NCBI GenBank assembly: GCA_965231915.1
Contig: OZ246892.1
Location: 2,320,891-2,384,890 of the forward strand
Direction of reading: 5' to 3'
Source of the DNA: Acidimicrobiales bacterium
GTDB lineage: Bacteria > Actinomycetota > Acidimicrobiia > Acidimicrobiales > Bin134
DNA length: 64,000 bases
The notes under the pieces are model-generated. The model saw only the letters and a program-made list of their open reading frames with translations. It had not been told where the DNA came from and made no database searches. The translations under genes were made by a program, and so were the position numbers. Position 1 is the first letter of the stretch; every line of letters starts with the position of its first letter. This document shows, piece by piece, positions 39,752-49,508 of the stretch.

Positions 39752-40142
39752 GAATCACATCGTGGTCGGTCAAGAACTGGAGCAGACCGTCTACCAAGTC
39801 CCACTCCCCTAGACCTTCAATGGGCACCCATTGGGCATCGGAGGCGTCGGTGTCGGCCTTCGGTACCGCATCAGACACCACCGTGACCCAGAAGTCCACC
39901 ACCACATAGTGGCGCCGGCGGCCGATGAGCTCGGTCCATCCCACGGCCTCGCCTACCTCCCCTTCCAAACCGGTTTCCTCCTGCAACTCCCGGCCAACTG
40001 CTTGAACCAGGGTTTCCCCTCGCTGCACCCGTCCTCCGGGCACCGACCACAGCCCCTCCCCCGGCGGGGTGCCGCGGCGGATGAGCAAAATAGCGCCGTC
40101 GCGTACCGCCACTGCGCCAACGCACAGCTCAGGCCCGTTCAT
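39744..40142 (-). CDS. NUDIX hydrolase
   Basis: Nudix box GGRVQRGETLVQAVGRELQEETGL. Confidence 0.92.
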   Translation of the reverse strand: MNGPELCVGAVAVRDGAILLIRRGTPPGEGLWSVPGGRVQRGETLVQAVGRELQEETGLEGEVGEAVGWTELIGRRRHYVVVDFWVTVVSDAVPKADTDASDAQWVPIEGLGEWDLVDGLLQFLTDHDVIPR

Positions 40143-40630
40143 GCCCCTGGGTCGGCGTCGAGGCGAGTGTGGACGATCAGCGCGTGGGCCGTCATCTTGA
40201 ACGTCTCAAAAAAGTTCTTGGCTTCGCGGTGCCCTGGCAGCACGAAGGCGTCTATTGCCACCAACTGCTGCTCTTGAGCCCACTGTTTCAACGTGTCGAA
40301 GACCGATTCTCCCACTCCAACCGATCGGGCTTCAGGTGTTACGAACAATTCTTCAATCCGGGCAATAGGCGAATCATCGAGGCGGACAAGCCGGCGAGCC
40401 CATCCGTACCCCACAACTTCATCCTCCCAGACCCCGGCAACCAAGACGTGCCCTGGATCCGCCATCAGCCGGGCGAAATGATCCTCCAGTGGCTCAGGAG
40501 CAGCCTCTGTGGCCAGCCAACGGTCTCCTCCTCGATACTGTTGAGCTTCGTGGCGGGCCTCGCGGGCCAAACCGGCCACGACACCGATGTCCTCGGTACG
40601 GGCTGGCCGGGCTGTACCCAGTTTCGCCAC
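40139..40630 (-). CDS. GNAT family N-acetyltransferase
   Basis: LFVTPEARSVGVG acetyl-CoA motif; AKNFFE. Confidence 0.85.
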   Translation of the reverse strand: MAKLGTARPARTEDIGVVAGLAREARHEAQQYRGGDRWLATEAAPEPLEDHFARLMADPGHVLVAGVWEDEVVGYGWARRLVRLDDSPIARIEELFVTPEARSVGVGESVFDTLKQWAQEQQLVAIDAFVLPGHREAKNFFETFKMTAHALIVHTRLDADPGA

Positions 40631-40633
40631 TGC

Positions 40634-40867
40634 TCAGCCCGGCTTCGGATCGGCTGAGTCGAGGCTGGACACAGTCGACTTCGAAGAATGGCCGAGAGCC
40701 ATACGACCGAGCAAACGGGCCGCTTCCATGTGACGGCGTCCCTTTGACGCCAATTCTGACGGAGGTGTGTCCGTCGAGAGCAGCAGACCCACGGGAGCAT
40801 AGAGGACGGCATCAAGTAGCCGATCAAGCGCCTCCTGAGAGGAATCGCCGCCTTCGGTCGAACTCAC
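40634..40867 (-). CDS. Small hypothetical protein
   Basis: LLDAVLYAPVGL; GTG start overlapping the upstream stop; fills the operon gap. Confidence 0.55.
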   Translation of the reverse strand: MSSTEGGDSSQEALDRLLDAVLYAPVGLLLSTDTPPSELASKGRRHMEAARLLGRMALGHSSKSTVSSLDSADPKPG

Positions 40868-41370
40868 AGCCGGGCCAACGAGGGGCAGGGCTCTTCCCCC
40901 GAGGGACAACGGGGATTGTCACGGGGTCCAAATTGACTGGAGCTGACGATCAGAAAACACCCCTCGCAGGTCCACTCGTTGTCACGCTTGGGCGCTACTT
41001 GGCCTGAGGCTTCAGGAGACGGGTCGGGGGTTTCCTCATCCTCATCCTCATCGTCACCGGCAGCCAGGCGATCCTTCAAGATGGTGTCGAGGTCGGCCTC
41101 CACATTGTCGGGGTCGATGTCTTCCCCATCGGCGTCTTCGTCTTCGGACATGGTTGCGTTGCGAACCGGGCCGTTCTTGTCGCCCTCTTCTTCCTTATCC
41201 AGCTCTTCGTCGTCGAGATCATTGTCAAGATCACCGTCGACGTCGTCGCCTTCTAGAGCGCTTTCGAATTCGTTATCGATGTCCACATCGATGACCTCGC
41301 CGAGATCCTCGATCTCGCTTTCGTCGAACTCTTCGTCCGTAACTTCGTCGTGTTCGTCAGGGTCTGTCAT
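40864..41370 (-). CDS. Highly acidic DUF4193-like protein with C-terminal Cys cluster
   Basis: Asp/Glu-rich N region; PKRDNEWTCEGCFL...CPSGEEPC. Confidence 0.7.
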   Translation of the reverse strand: MTDPDEHDEVTDEEFDESEIEDLGEVIDVDIDNEFESALEGDDVDGDLDNDLDDEELDKEEEGDKNGPVRNATMSEDEDADGEDIDPDNVEADLDTILKDRLAAGDDEDEDEETPDPSPEASGQVAPKRDNEWTCEGCFLIVSSSQFGPRDNPRCPSGEEPCPSLARL

Positions 41371-41486
41371 TCTCCCCTGCTACCTCCTCAGGCAAATCGA
41401 TCAGCGCGGATCATAGACATCCTCACCCCTGCCATGTGCGGACTTAGCGGTCCAATCTTCCTTTTGCTCAATTGTGCGCCTTGGGT

Positions 41487-43103
41487 TCACGCCCGCTCTC
41501 GAACCCTGCGCCGCTCTTCAGCACGGTTTTCGGCGTCCAGGCGACCTAGCGGTGGCTCTTCGCTGAGATCCACAAATCTCATCATTTCGGCTACCGCCGC
41601 ATGGCCCGCCTCATCCCGAATGAGCCTCCACATCTCTTGCCCGATCCCCCTGTACACCGAATGGCCTTGGGGTGTAGTGCGCAACTCGATGAGGTGCATT
41701 GCCGCTCGTGCGTTGATGCTCATGGCGAACCGCACTTTGTACGCGAAGCTCACCGCGTAGGAGGCCTGCTCGGGAAAATCCCGGTCCAAGAGGCCGTACA
41801 GCTCCGCAGACCTCTCCATGACCTCGTCGAATGCTGGAGCGCAACCCGCGGCTTCCACCGAATCAGGAAGCGTATAGCCGTGGCGGGGGCTGAGCTTCTG
41901 CCACTCGAGCGTGAGCATTCGATGGCGCTGAAGATCGCGAAAAGCGCCGTAGTCGGCCAAGATGTCGAACCGGTAGAAAGTCCGTTCCAGTGCCCGCCCC
42001 GGCTTGTGGCGACGGTTGGCCCTGGTCCCCACGTAGGCCCGAACCACAGAGAGCCTATCTTCGGTGCTCATGGAACCGACCTCCCGTTCCAGCTGCTCTT
42101 CCGGCAAGTGGGTATAGGGGTAGAGCATGGAGGCCACCATCTTGAGCTCGGCCTCCGGGTCGAAGTCCACCAGTCGAACTGTGGGGGCCTTTTCAGCGGG
42201 CAGATCGGCGGGCAGCAGGTAGTCGGCCACATTCTCCATCGACTCCTGCACGTCTTCCATATAGTGGCTCCACGCCACTCCCCGATCCTCTAAGTCCACC
42301 CGCTTCAAGAAGGAGGGGATAACTTTGCGCAGCTCGGTCAACATCAAATTGGCGTAAGCCTGGACCTCGGGCAGTTCGTGGGCCCGCATTCGCAACAGCA
42401 AAAGCTCATACGCCTGACCGGTGCCGTAGATACCCACGTTGGACACGGTTGCCGCGGGAAGCACTCCGCGAACCGAGTCCAGCGCTTTAGCCCTAACCGC
42501 TTGGCGATAGGCGAAGTCAGACGTATCCGAGTCCCTGGGGGTGTGTTGACGGTAAAACTCCGACATAGTGGGCAGGAGTTCACCGTATGACTCGAACATC
42601 CGGTCCATGTCGCTCACGTAGCGGCCCGATAGAGGTGACTCTCCGATCTGGGGATCGCGGTAGTAGCGATAGCGGCCGCCGATTCGGGCCAGGTAGTCGA
42701 TGTAACGGGTGGACTGCTCCAAATAGGACATCAGCCGACCCCACTCCAACACTTTCGTCAGGATGTTGGAGGCCTGCTCGCAGGCCAAGTGAACGCCCCC
42801 AAGCTGGGCCACCGAGTCATCTCCGTACTCGATGAACACCCGGTCGTACAGCTCCTCTGCGCGTCGCAGCCCTACTGTGGCATCGATTGTCACGTCGCCG
42901 CTGATGTCCAGCTCACCCACAAATTCATCCAAGAACAGCCTCCGCAACGATTTGGAGGACCTGCTGTAGCGGGCGAACAGTGCGCCTTTGACTACCTCGG
43001 GCAAATTCACCAGCGCGAACACCGGCTGGTCGAGGTTTGTGAAATACCGGCGGAGGACGTCTTCTTCCTCGGCGGTGAACTGCTCGGCGACGTACTGGGT
43101 CAT
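41487..43103 (-). CDS. thyX: FAD-dependent thymidylate synthase, tandem-domain type
   Basis: ALFARYSRS, YGDDSVAQL, EQSTRY, FRDLQRHR; 538 aa, i.e. two Thy1-like domains. Confidence 0.85.
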   Translation of the reverse strand: MTQYVAEQFTAEEEDVLRRYFTNLDQPVFALVNLPEVVKGALFARYSRSSKSLRRLFLDEFVGELDISGDVTIDATVGLRRAEELYDRVFIEYGDDSVAQLGGVHLACEQASNILTKVLEWGRLMSYLEQSTRYIDYLARIGGRYRYYRDPQIGESPLSGRYVSDMDRMFESYGELLPTMSEFYRQHTPRDSDTSDFAYRQAVRAKALDSVRGVLPAATVSNVGIYGTGQAYELLLLRMRAHELPEVQAYANLMLTELRKVIPSFLKRVDLEDRGVAWSHYMEDVQESMENVADYLLPADLPAEKAPTVRLVDFDPEAELKMVASMLYPYTHLPEEQLEREVGSMSTEDRLSVVRAYVGTRANRRHKPGRALERTFYRFDILADYGAFRDLQRHRMLTLEWQKLSPRHGYTLPDSVEAAGCAPAFDEVMERSAELYGLLDRDFPEQASYAVSFAYKVRFAMSINARAAMHLIELRTTPQGHSVYRGIGQEMWRLIRDEAGHAAVAEMMRFVDLSEEPPLGRLDAENRAEERRRVRERA

Positions 43104-44278
43104 TGCAGGCTGTGGCCCAATTCATCGGCCGCCCGGTCTAGAGCGTCGGGGTCCAGCCACAGGTCGGCAACCGTCATGGCCATGATCTTCGCCCCGTCGA
43201 GCACCGCCTGGTCACCGCTCGGCGATTTCGCGTAATGGGCAAATTCTGGAGTGTGGATGGGCACGTGGTCGGGGGCCACCTTGATCATGGGATGGATCGA
43301 GGGCAGCGCGTGGCTGACGTTGCCCATATCGGTGCTGCCTACCACCGCAAATGACGATCGGGGTTCACTCAAGACTCGCCCGGTGGCGACCGCATTGTCG
43401 GAGTAGAAGTCCAACATGACCTGATTGTTGATCATGTCGGCATAGATCGGCGCCTTGCAGCGGCAGTCAATGTCGACTCCGGCAGCGGTGGCACCGGCTT
43501 CCAAACAAGACACGACCCTGTCCCGCAGTTCCGCGAGGCTGTCGAGCTGCGGGGACCGGACATACCACTCGGCCGCAGCATCCTGGGGCACGATATTTGG
43601 CTTGTCCCCCGCCCGCGTGAAAATGCCATGGATACGCTCGTCCGGTCGGATGTGCTGGCGAAGCGCCGCCACGTTCATGTACCCCAAGACCGCGCCGTCG
43701 AGGGCATTTCGGCCCTTGTGAGGCGAGGCCGACGCGTGGGCTGGCTGCCCCGTGTAGGTCACTTCCAATTGCTCCACCGCGATGGCTGTCATCTTGGTGA
43801 GCTCGTGATTGGCGGGATGAACCATCATGGCAGCGCTCACGCCGTCGAAGGCACCACGATCCAGCAAGTAGCACTTACCTCCTCCGCCTTCTTCAGCGGG
43901 CGTGCCGATAATGCTGACCCGTCCTCCGAGATCCTCTGCCAGAGAAGCAGCCGCTAGCCCGGCGCCCAGACCGGCAGCGGCAATCACGTTATGCCCGCAA
44001 GCGTGCCCGATCTCGGGCAAAGCGTCGTATTCGCAGATAACCGCAATATGGGCCCCCGTACGGCCAGCTCGGGCTATGAATGCGGTGTCCAGGCCGAATG
44101 CCGAACGCTCCACTTCGAGCCCTTCATCCTCCAAGACCAAGCAGAGCAATTCGTGGGCGGCGTGCTCCTCAAAGCAGAGCTCGGGGGTGTCGTGAATCTG
44201 ATGGGAGACGCTGAGCAAGCGTGCGGCTCGGGCATCGACCTCCGAGGCCAAATACTGTTTGGCTGCGTCGGGTGTCAC
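43100..44278 (-). CDS. M20 family metallopeptidase/amidohydrolase
   Basis: EYDALPEIGHACGHN, GTPAEEGGGGK, GSTDMGNVS. GTG 44278 is preceded by TAGGAT (alternative start 44311). Confidence 0.9.
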   Translation of the reverse strand: MTPDAAKQYLASEVDARAARLLSVSHQIHDTPELCFEEHAAHELLCLVLEDEGLEVERSAFGLDTAFIARAGRTGAHIAVICEYDALPEIGHACGHNVIAAAGLGAGLAAASLAEDLGGRVSIIGTPAEEGGGGKCYLLDRGAFDGVSAAMMVHPANHELTKMTAIAVEQLEVTYTGQPAHASASPHKGRNALDGAVLGYMNVAALRQHIRPDERIHGIFTRAGDKPNIVPQDAAAEWYVRSPQLDSLAELRDRVVSCLEAGATAAGVDIDCRCKAPIYADMINNQVMLDFYSDNAVATGRVLSEPRSSFAVVGSTDMGNVSHALPSIHPMIKVAPDHVPIHTPEFAHYAKSPSGDQAVLDGAKIMAMTVADLWLDPDALDRAADELGHSLQ

Positions 44279-44332
44279 GGGGCGAATCCTAGTGACACAG
44301 CTGCCAGCCATAGTGCATCTGACCGGCGGCCA

Positions 44333-44944
44333 TCACACGACCACAGTCAGCGCTGCCGACTCCAGCCGAATCGAGAGATTCGAAGCCTTCGCCACCGGTT
44401 GCCCGTCTAGCTCGACCATCATCGGCCGCTCGAGCACCACTTGAAATGCTCCGGTGCGGTGGTAGCGGATTTGGGGATGCGGCAGGTGGTCCCCGGTGCC
44501 GACGCGGCGAAGAGCCCGCAGCCGGTCGGCAGTCGACAGGCGACCATGGGATATGTCCAACAGCCCGTCACCGGGATGGGCCTTTGGCCCCAGGTTCCAT
44601 CTACCCCACCAGGCCGCATTCATGGCCACCAGCGCCTCGCCAGCCCATCCTCTCTTGCGGGCCACGAGATGGGCGCAGAACCAAAAGAGCCGGCCGTCCA
44701 GCAATACCGCGCCCAGATCCACCGCAAACCGCCATGCCTCTGGTGAGCGGATGGCATCGGGGTCGCCCCGACCCCCCAGGGTCCGGCATAGATCGCCTCC
44801 CAACAAGCCGATCTCGGGCAATCCACGGTTGGCCCGGCGAGCGTCCTCAATCACGGTCCGGGCCTGAGCATCACCGTCTACCAGCACGCCTTCGTGCCCC
44901 AAACCTCCGGATTCACCCCAATCCTCACCTCGCCGAATGGGCAT
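44333..44944 (-). CDS. Diacylglycerol/lipid kinase (YegS-like) C-terminal domain protein
   Basis: GGDLCRTLG, PKAHPGDGLLD, ELDG. Confidence 0.6.
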   Translation of the reverse strand: MPIRRGEDWGESGGLGHEGVLVDGDAQARTVIEDARRANRGLPEIGLLGGDLCRTLGGRGDPDAIRSPEAWRFAVDLGAVLLDGRLFWFCAHLVARKRGWAGEALVAMNAAWWGRWNLGPKAHPGDGLLDISHGRLSTADRLRALRRVGTGDHLPHPQIRYHRTGAFQVVLERPMMVELDGQPVAKASNLSIRLESAALTVVV

Positions 44945-44949
44945 CGGCC

Positions 44950-45813
44950 TCAGTCCTCGCCGGGAGCATTGCCTTCGGACGCGCTGGAAACACCCTCAGG
45001 AGTCTCTTCAACAGCCTCCTGGCGTTCTCGGCGGGCACGCAGCCAGCCGATGCCGATGGCGGCCTCATAGAACAGATACATGGGCACCGACAGAACCATA
45101 AGGGTGAAGGGGTCCCCACTAGGTGTGATCACCGCTACAAGGGCCACAATGCCCACAATGGCAAAGCGTCGGGCCCGTATGAGCTGTCGATAGTGGATTA
45201 TCCCCGCCATCTGCAAGAACACCAACAGGATGGGAAACTCGAAACCGATCCCGAACGCGGCCATCATTTTGATCACGAACGACAAGTATTTGGCCGGGGA
45301 GAAGCCGGTCACCAGATCTTCTCCTCCGATGGTGGCCAGGAACTTGAGCGCCCGGGGGATGCTCCAGTAGGCCAGCCCGGCACCCAACGCGAACAACAGC
45401 GCGCCTACCACAGTGAACAATGCCGCATTGCGGCGCTCCCGGGGATACAGGCCGGGCTGCACAAACCTCCAAACCTGCCAGAGCACCACTGGAATGGCCA
45501 GCGTCAGTCCTCCGTAGCCGGCCACTGTCAGCCGCACCGAGAACGGCTCCAATGGGTCTAGCACCAAGAGCTCACAACCGCCGAAGAGGTTTTGGCGAGC
45601 GGCTTCTTCTTCCACTGCCTCTTCGGGCACCGCATCGCAGTAGGGCTGGACCATCACATCGAGGATCTGGGGGTAAAACACCCAGCACACCACCGCACCG
45701 ACCAGGACGGCCAGGGCGCTCTTGATGAGACGCGACCGCAGTTCCACCAAGTGCTCCATCAACGGCATGGTTCCGTCGTTGGGCCGGGAGCGCCCCTGTG
45801 CCGCGTCGCTCAC
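44950..45813 (-). CDS. tatC: Twin-arginine translocase subunit TatC
   Basis: MPLMEHLVELRSRL, FVQPGLYPRE, FGIGFEFP, ITPSGDP, YE. Confidence 0.95.
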   Translation of the reverse strand: MSDAAQGRSRPNDGTMPLMEHLVELRSRLIKSALAVLVGAVVCWVFYPQILDVMVQPYCDAVPEEAVEEEAARQNLFGGCELLVLDPLEPFSVRLTVAGYGGLTLAIPVVLWQVWRFVQPGLYPRERRNAALFTVVGALLFALGAGLAYWSIPRALKFLATIGGEDLVTGFSPAKYLSFVIKMMAAFGIGFEFPILLVFLQMAGIIHYRQLIRARRFAIVGIVALVAVITPSGDPFTLMVLSVPMYLFYEAAIGIGWLRARRERQEAVEETPEGVSSASEGNAPGED

Positions 45814-46076
45814 GGGCTGTTTTGCGACGGATCGCCGGCTTGGTTGCTCTCTCCTTTGGCCTCTTCGACAGCAAGCTTGCCTCGCTGGCGCGCTTCAGCC
45901 TCGATGGGCTCGTCTAGGGCATTTTGCAGCTCCTGTTGGAACCCCGTAGAGATCTTTCGCACCTGACGGATGACGTTGCCGATCTGGCGGGCCGCTCCGG
46001 GCAGTTTCTCCGGTCCGAGGACCATCAGAGCCACCACCGCGATCACCGCGATTTCGGCCCATCCGAGGTTCCCCAC
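45810..46076 (-). CDS. tatB: Twin-arginine translocase subunit TatB
   Basis: LGWAEIAVIAVVALMVLGPEKLP. Confidence 0.85.
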   Translation of the reverse strand: MGNLGWAEIAVIAVVALMVLGPEKLPGAARQIGNVIRQVRKISTGFQQELQNALDEPIEAEARQRGKLAVEEAKGESNQAGDPSQNSP

Positions 46077-46264
46077 GCCCAGAGGCTACCCCTGGATTCT
46101 GAATCTGCACGGATAGATCACCTTGACTCACCAAAACCGTAGAAAGTGTCGAAAGCGGCGTACCATCTCTAGCCGGAAGAACCCCTGGATTCACGATGTC
46201 AGGTTGTCCTGGCAATCGACAGCAGTCGAAGATGGCAGAATGGCTGAACTGCGGCAGAACTGAG

Positions 46265-47011
46265 ATGGCTCCCCGGATCTCCCCCCTCCGCACCCCCCCA
46301 ATCGGATTCGCACATCGGGGCGCTCGAGCCCAGGAACAGGAGAATACGCTGGCCGCGTTCACCCGAGCACTGGAGATGGGGGCCACCGGCCTGGAGAGCG
46401 ATGCCTGGGCGACCGCCGACGGACAGGCTGTGCTCGATCACGATGGCCTGGTTAGATCGCGACGCTGGCGTCGCAGGCAGCCCATCTCGGATTGCCTGCG
46501 AAACGAACTGCCCGAACACATCCCAACTCTGGCTGAGCTATATCTGGAGTGCGGTGCCGATTTTCATTTGTCCCTTGACCTGAAAGACCCCGATGCCGCT
46601 TCGCCAGTAATCGACAGCGTGGACGCCGCAGCGGCCCGAACCGGACTCCCGCTGCGGGAACGGTTATGGCTGTGCCACCCCGATGTCGAGACCCTGGTTG
46701 GACTGCGGCAACTGTGGCCGGATGTGCGCTTGTGCAACTCCACTCGGCTGAGTCGTTTGGACGGTGGGGCGGAACGGCGGGCCGCTGTTTTGGCCGAATC
46801 TCGCATCGACTCGGTGAACCTCCATCAAACCGACTGGACCGGCGGACTGGTCACCTTGTTCCACCGGTTTGGAGTTCTGTGCTTCGGTTGGGATGCGCAG
46901 CAGCCCCGGGTGCTCGACGAACTGCTGGACATGGGCATCGACGCGGTCTACAGCGACCACGTCGACCGCATGGGAGCAGCGCTTGCCGACTGGTACCCTG
47001 ACGAGCGATGA
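46265..47011 (+). CDS. Glycerophosphodiester phosphodiesterase
   Basis: FAHRGA, ENTLAAF, GLESD..T.DG...HD, GIDAVYSD. Confidence 0.9.
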   Translation: MAPRISPLRTPPIGFAHRGARAQEQENTLAAFTRALEMGATGLESDAWATADGQAVLDHDGLVRSRRWRRRQPISDCLRNELPEHIPTLAELYLECGADFHLSLDLKDPDAASPVIDSVDAAAARTGLPLRERLWLCHPDVETLVGLRQLWPDVRLCNSTRLSRLDGGAERRAAVLAESRIDSVNLHQTDWTGGLVTLFHRFGVLCFGWDAQQPRVLDELLDMGIDAVYSDHVDRMGAALADWYPDER

Positions 47012-47859
47012 GCGAGCGTGCCGCCTTCCTCAAGGAACTGGTAACTCACAACCGTAAACCCATCGACTTTGACAATGTCGTTGCAACCTTCGGCAACGGC
47101 CACGTAGCGGTGCGGGAAGTCACCTGCCAGTTCGAGCACGGGACCTCCACAGCCCTAGTCGGCGCCAACGGCTCGGGAAAAACGACCGTGTTGCATCTTG
47201 TCGCTGGCCTCATCCAGCCGTCGAATGGAACGATCAATCCAGGCCCTACAAAGAAATCGGTCGCATTGGTTCCCCAGCAGCATGGGCTACGAGCGTGGAT
47301 GCCGTTGACGGTGTCCGACGTGCTGCGTATGTCCCGCTTCCGCAACCGAGGCCTAATCAAGCGTTTTGGCCCTGCGGATCGGATCATCATTGAGGACGCG
47401 GCCGAGCGCATGGAGGTACTCGACCTGGTGAATCGCCAGTTCGGAGAGCTATCGGGGGGTCAACGCCAGCGGGTGATGGTAGCCCAGGCCTTAGCCCACG
47501 ACGCCGACGTGCTCTTGATGGACGAGCCCATTACCGGTCTGGACATGCCCAGCCAGGAGGTGATCATTCGAACCATTGATGATGAGCGCAGGCGGGGCCG
47601 GATCGTGGTCATCTCCACCCATCACATGGACGAGGCTGAGCTCTGCGACCAGGTCCTTCTCCTGGCCAAACGGATGGTCGCCGTGGGAACACCCAGCGAA
47701 GTGCTCACCAAAAAGAACCTGCAAGAAGCCTTCGGTCTTCGTATGGCTCACGGAGACGAGGAAGATGGCGTCTTTCACGGAGAACACGACAGCCACGAGA
47801 GCGGTGTGCTCCACGTCTTCCATGATCACGGACACGGCCACGACCATTTTGATAGCTGA
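47008..47859 (+). CDS. Metal (Zn/Mn) ABC transporter ATP-binding protein with His-rich tail
   Basis: GANGSGKT, LSGGQRQR, LLMDEP, STH; tail FHGEHDSHE...HDHGHGHDH. Confidence 0.88.
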   Translation: MSERAAFLKELVTHNRKPIDFDNVVATFGNGHVAVREVTCQFEHGTSTALVGANGSGKTTVLHLVAGLIQPSNGTINPGPTKKSVALVPQQHGLRAWMPLTVSDVLRMSRFRNRGLIKRFGPADRIIIEDAAERMEVLDLVNRQFGELSGGQRQRVMVAQALAHDADVLLMDEPITGLDMPSQEVIIRTIDDERRRGRIVVISTHHMDEAELCDQVLLLAKRMVAVGTPSEVLTKKNLQEAFGLRMAHGDEEDGVFHGEHDSHESGVLHVFHDHGHGHDHFDS

Positions 47860-47889
47860 AATCGCGACAATCTTCGCCGGACAAAGAAC

Positions 47890-48549
47890 CTAGAGCCGGC
47901 CGAATTCCGTCACCGGCCAAAGTCGCAAGAAGGCGTGCCCCACGATCACGTGTTCGGAGATAGGGCCGAAAGACCGGCTATCAGTGGAGTTGGCCCGGTT
48001 GTCTCCCATGACAAACACCTCACCTGCCCCGATCAGACAGCCACCATCCACGATGGCCGCGCATCCCGATGGATTCGTCCCTGTAGTGATGCCAGAGGAC
48101 TCCAGATAGGGCTCGTGCAGCCTCCGGCCATCTATATACACATCTCCCTCGACGAACCTGATCACCTCACCGGGCAGGGCAATGACCCGCTTGATGAGGT
48201 CGTCTTCCTGCCGACCGCTGGTTATTGCCGGGCGTTCGAATACCACGAGGTCGCCGCGGTTGACGTCGTGAATGTCGTAGCCCAGTTTGTTCACCAGGAC
48301 TCGATCGCCGTTGCTCAGGGTGGGCTCCATAGAAGTGAACCGGATGTAGTAGGCCTGGAACAGCACCGAGCGAAGCACCAGAGCCAGCACCAATGCCCCG
48401 GCCAATACCGCCACCCACTCGGCAACGACCCGGGCGCTCGACTTCTTCTTCTTGCCGCCGGTCTCTTCGCCATCATCGTCTTCGGGAGCAGACGCGGCCG
48501 GTGGGGCCACCTGTGGTTCCGGCCGGTCGATGCTCATGGCTTGCCGCAC
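47890..48549 (-). CDS. lepB: Signal peptidase I
   Basis: TM, SMEPTL, RGDLVVF, LIKRVIALPG, GDNRANSTDSR. Confidence 0.92.
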   Translation of the reverse strand: MRQAMSIDRPEPQVAPPAASAPEDDDGEETGGKKKKSSARVVAEWVAVLAGALVLALVLRSVLFQAYYIRFTSMEPTLSNGDRVLVNKLGYDIHDVNRGDLVVFERPAITSGRQEDDLIKRVIALPGEVIRFVEGDVYIDGRRLHEPYLESSGITTGTNPSGCAAIVDGGCLIGAGEVFVMGDNRANSTDSRSFGPISEHVIVGHAFLRLWPVTEFGRL

Positions 48550-48551
48550 TT

Positions 48552-49508
48552 CTACCGGTACCGGGCCAACACACGCTCGGCGGCAACCTGTGCTTGATCG
48601 GCGGCAATGGGCGGATCAGCGTGACGCAATTCGGCTTGAGGCCCGAGCTGGAGCAACAAGCGCTCCAGCCGGCTGACATGGCTGACCGACATGGTGGCGT
48701 CGATCTCCCCGCTGTCGAGAGCCACCTGGTCGTCGGTTGGGTATTTCTCGATGGCCCAAGACGCGCCCGGGGCCAACCGCAGCACAACTCGGGGATCGCC
48801 CTCCCGGGCTTGGAATGCCGACGGCGTTCCCGTCTCATCAGACGGTTCGAAGTGCGTCTCCAGCACTTCTAGGGACCTGATCCGATCTATTCGGAAAACT
48901 CGCTCCCCTCCTGCGTGCTGGCAATGACCTCGCACATACCAATTGCCCGACTCTGAGAACACTCGGAGGGGATGGATAACCCGGTCGGACTCCTGTCCTC
49001 TCCCAAAGCTGAAGTAGCGAATCCGGACTTGACGGCGGTCACCGGCCGCGCCCAGCAGCGGTTCAACCCATTCCTCGGCCGATTCCCCCAGACTCACGGC
49101 CAAATCCTCTCCGACGCTCACCCCCAAGCCGTCGGCCAGCTTGCCCAGTCCCCGACTCAGCGGACCATCTGGATCAGCTCCGGAAAGCACTGCCTCTCCG
49201 GCTCCGATCAACCCCAAGGCTTGGCCCGGAGTGAGCCGGAGCGGCCGGGAGAAATAGTCGGCGTTTGTGATAGCCACCCAGCCGCCGTTGTCTTCGTCAT
49301 CCAAGCCCATCACGTATATCAGTTCGTCAGGGGTGAAAGGGTGCAGCCCCACCACAAACAACACCTTCACCAGGTCCTCTCGCAGCTCCGCCTCTGGATA
49401 GTCGAAGCGCTGTGATACCTCGCTCAGTTCAGCTCCACCCTGGGACATGATCCACGGAACCAGTTCCAGCATCCGCCGGAGACGGTCCCCCGCGCTCAGC
49501 CGGCTCAT
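48552..49508 (-). CDS. pafC: WYL-domain transcriptional regulator PafC
   Basis: RLRRMLELVPWI, RPLRLT, WYV...FRIDRI; follows pafB. Confidence 0.85.
   Translation of the reverse strand: MSRLSAGDRLRRMLELVPWIMSQGGAELSEVSQRFDYPEAELREDLVKVLFVVGLHPFTPDELIYVMGLDDEDNGGWVAITNADYFSRPLRLTPGQALGLIGAGEAVLSGADPDGPLSRGLGKLADGLGVSVGEDLAVSLGESAEEWVEPLLGAAGDRRQVRIRYFSFGRGQESDRVIHPLRVFSESGNWYVRGHCQHAGGERVFRIDRIRSLEVLETHFEPSDETGTPSAFQAREGDPRVVLRLAPGASWAIEKYPTDDQVALDSGEIDATMSVSHVSRLERLLLQLGPQAELRHADPPIAADQAQVAAERVLARYR

Noticed and set aside
48320-48350. LepB box B reads IRFTSM instead of IPSxSM
   Set aside because: The catalytic Ser (SMEPTL) and Lys (IKRV) are intact, and variation at the preceding positions is common.
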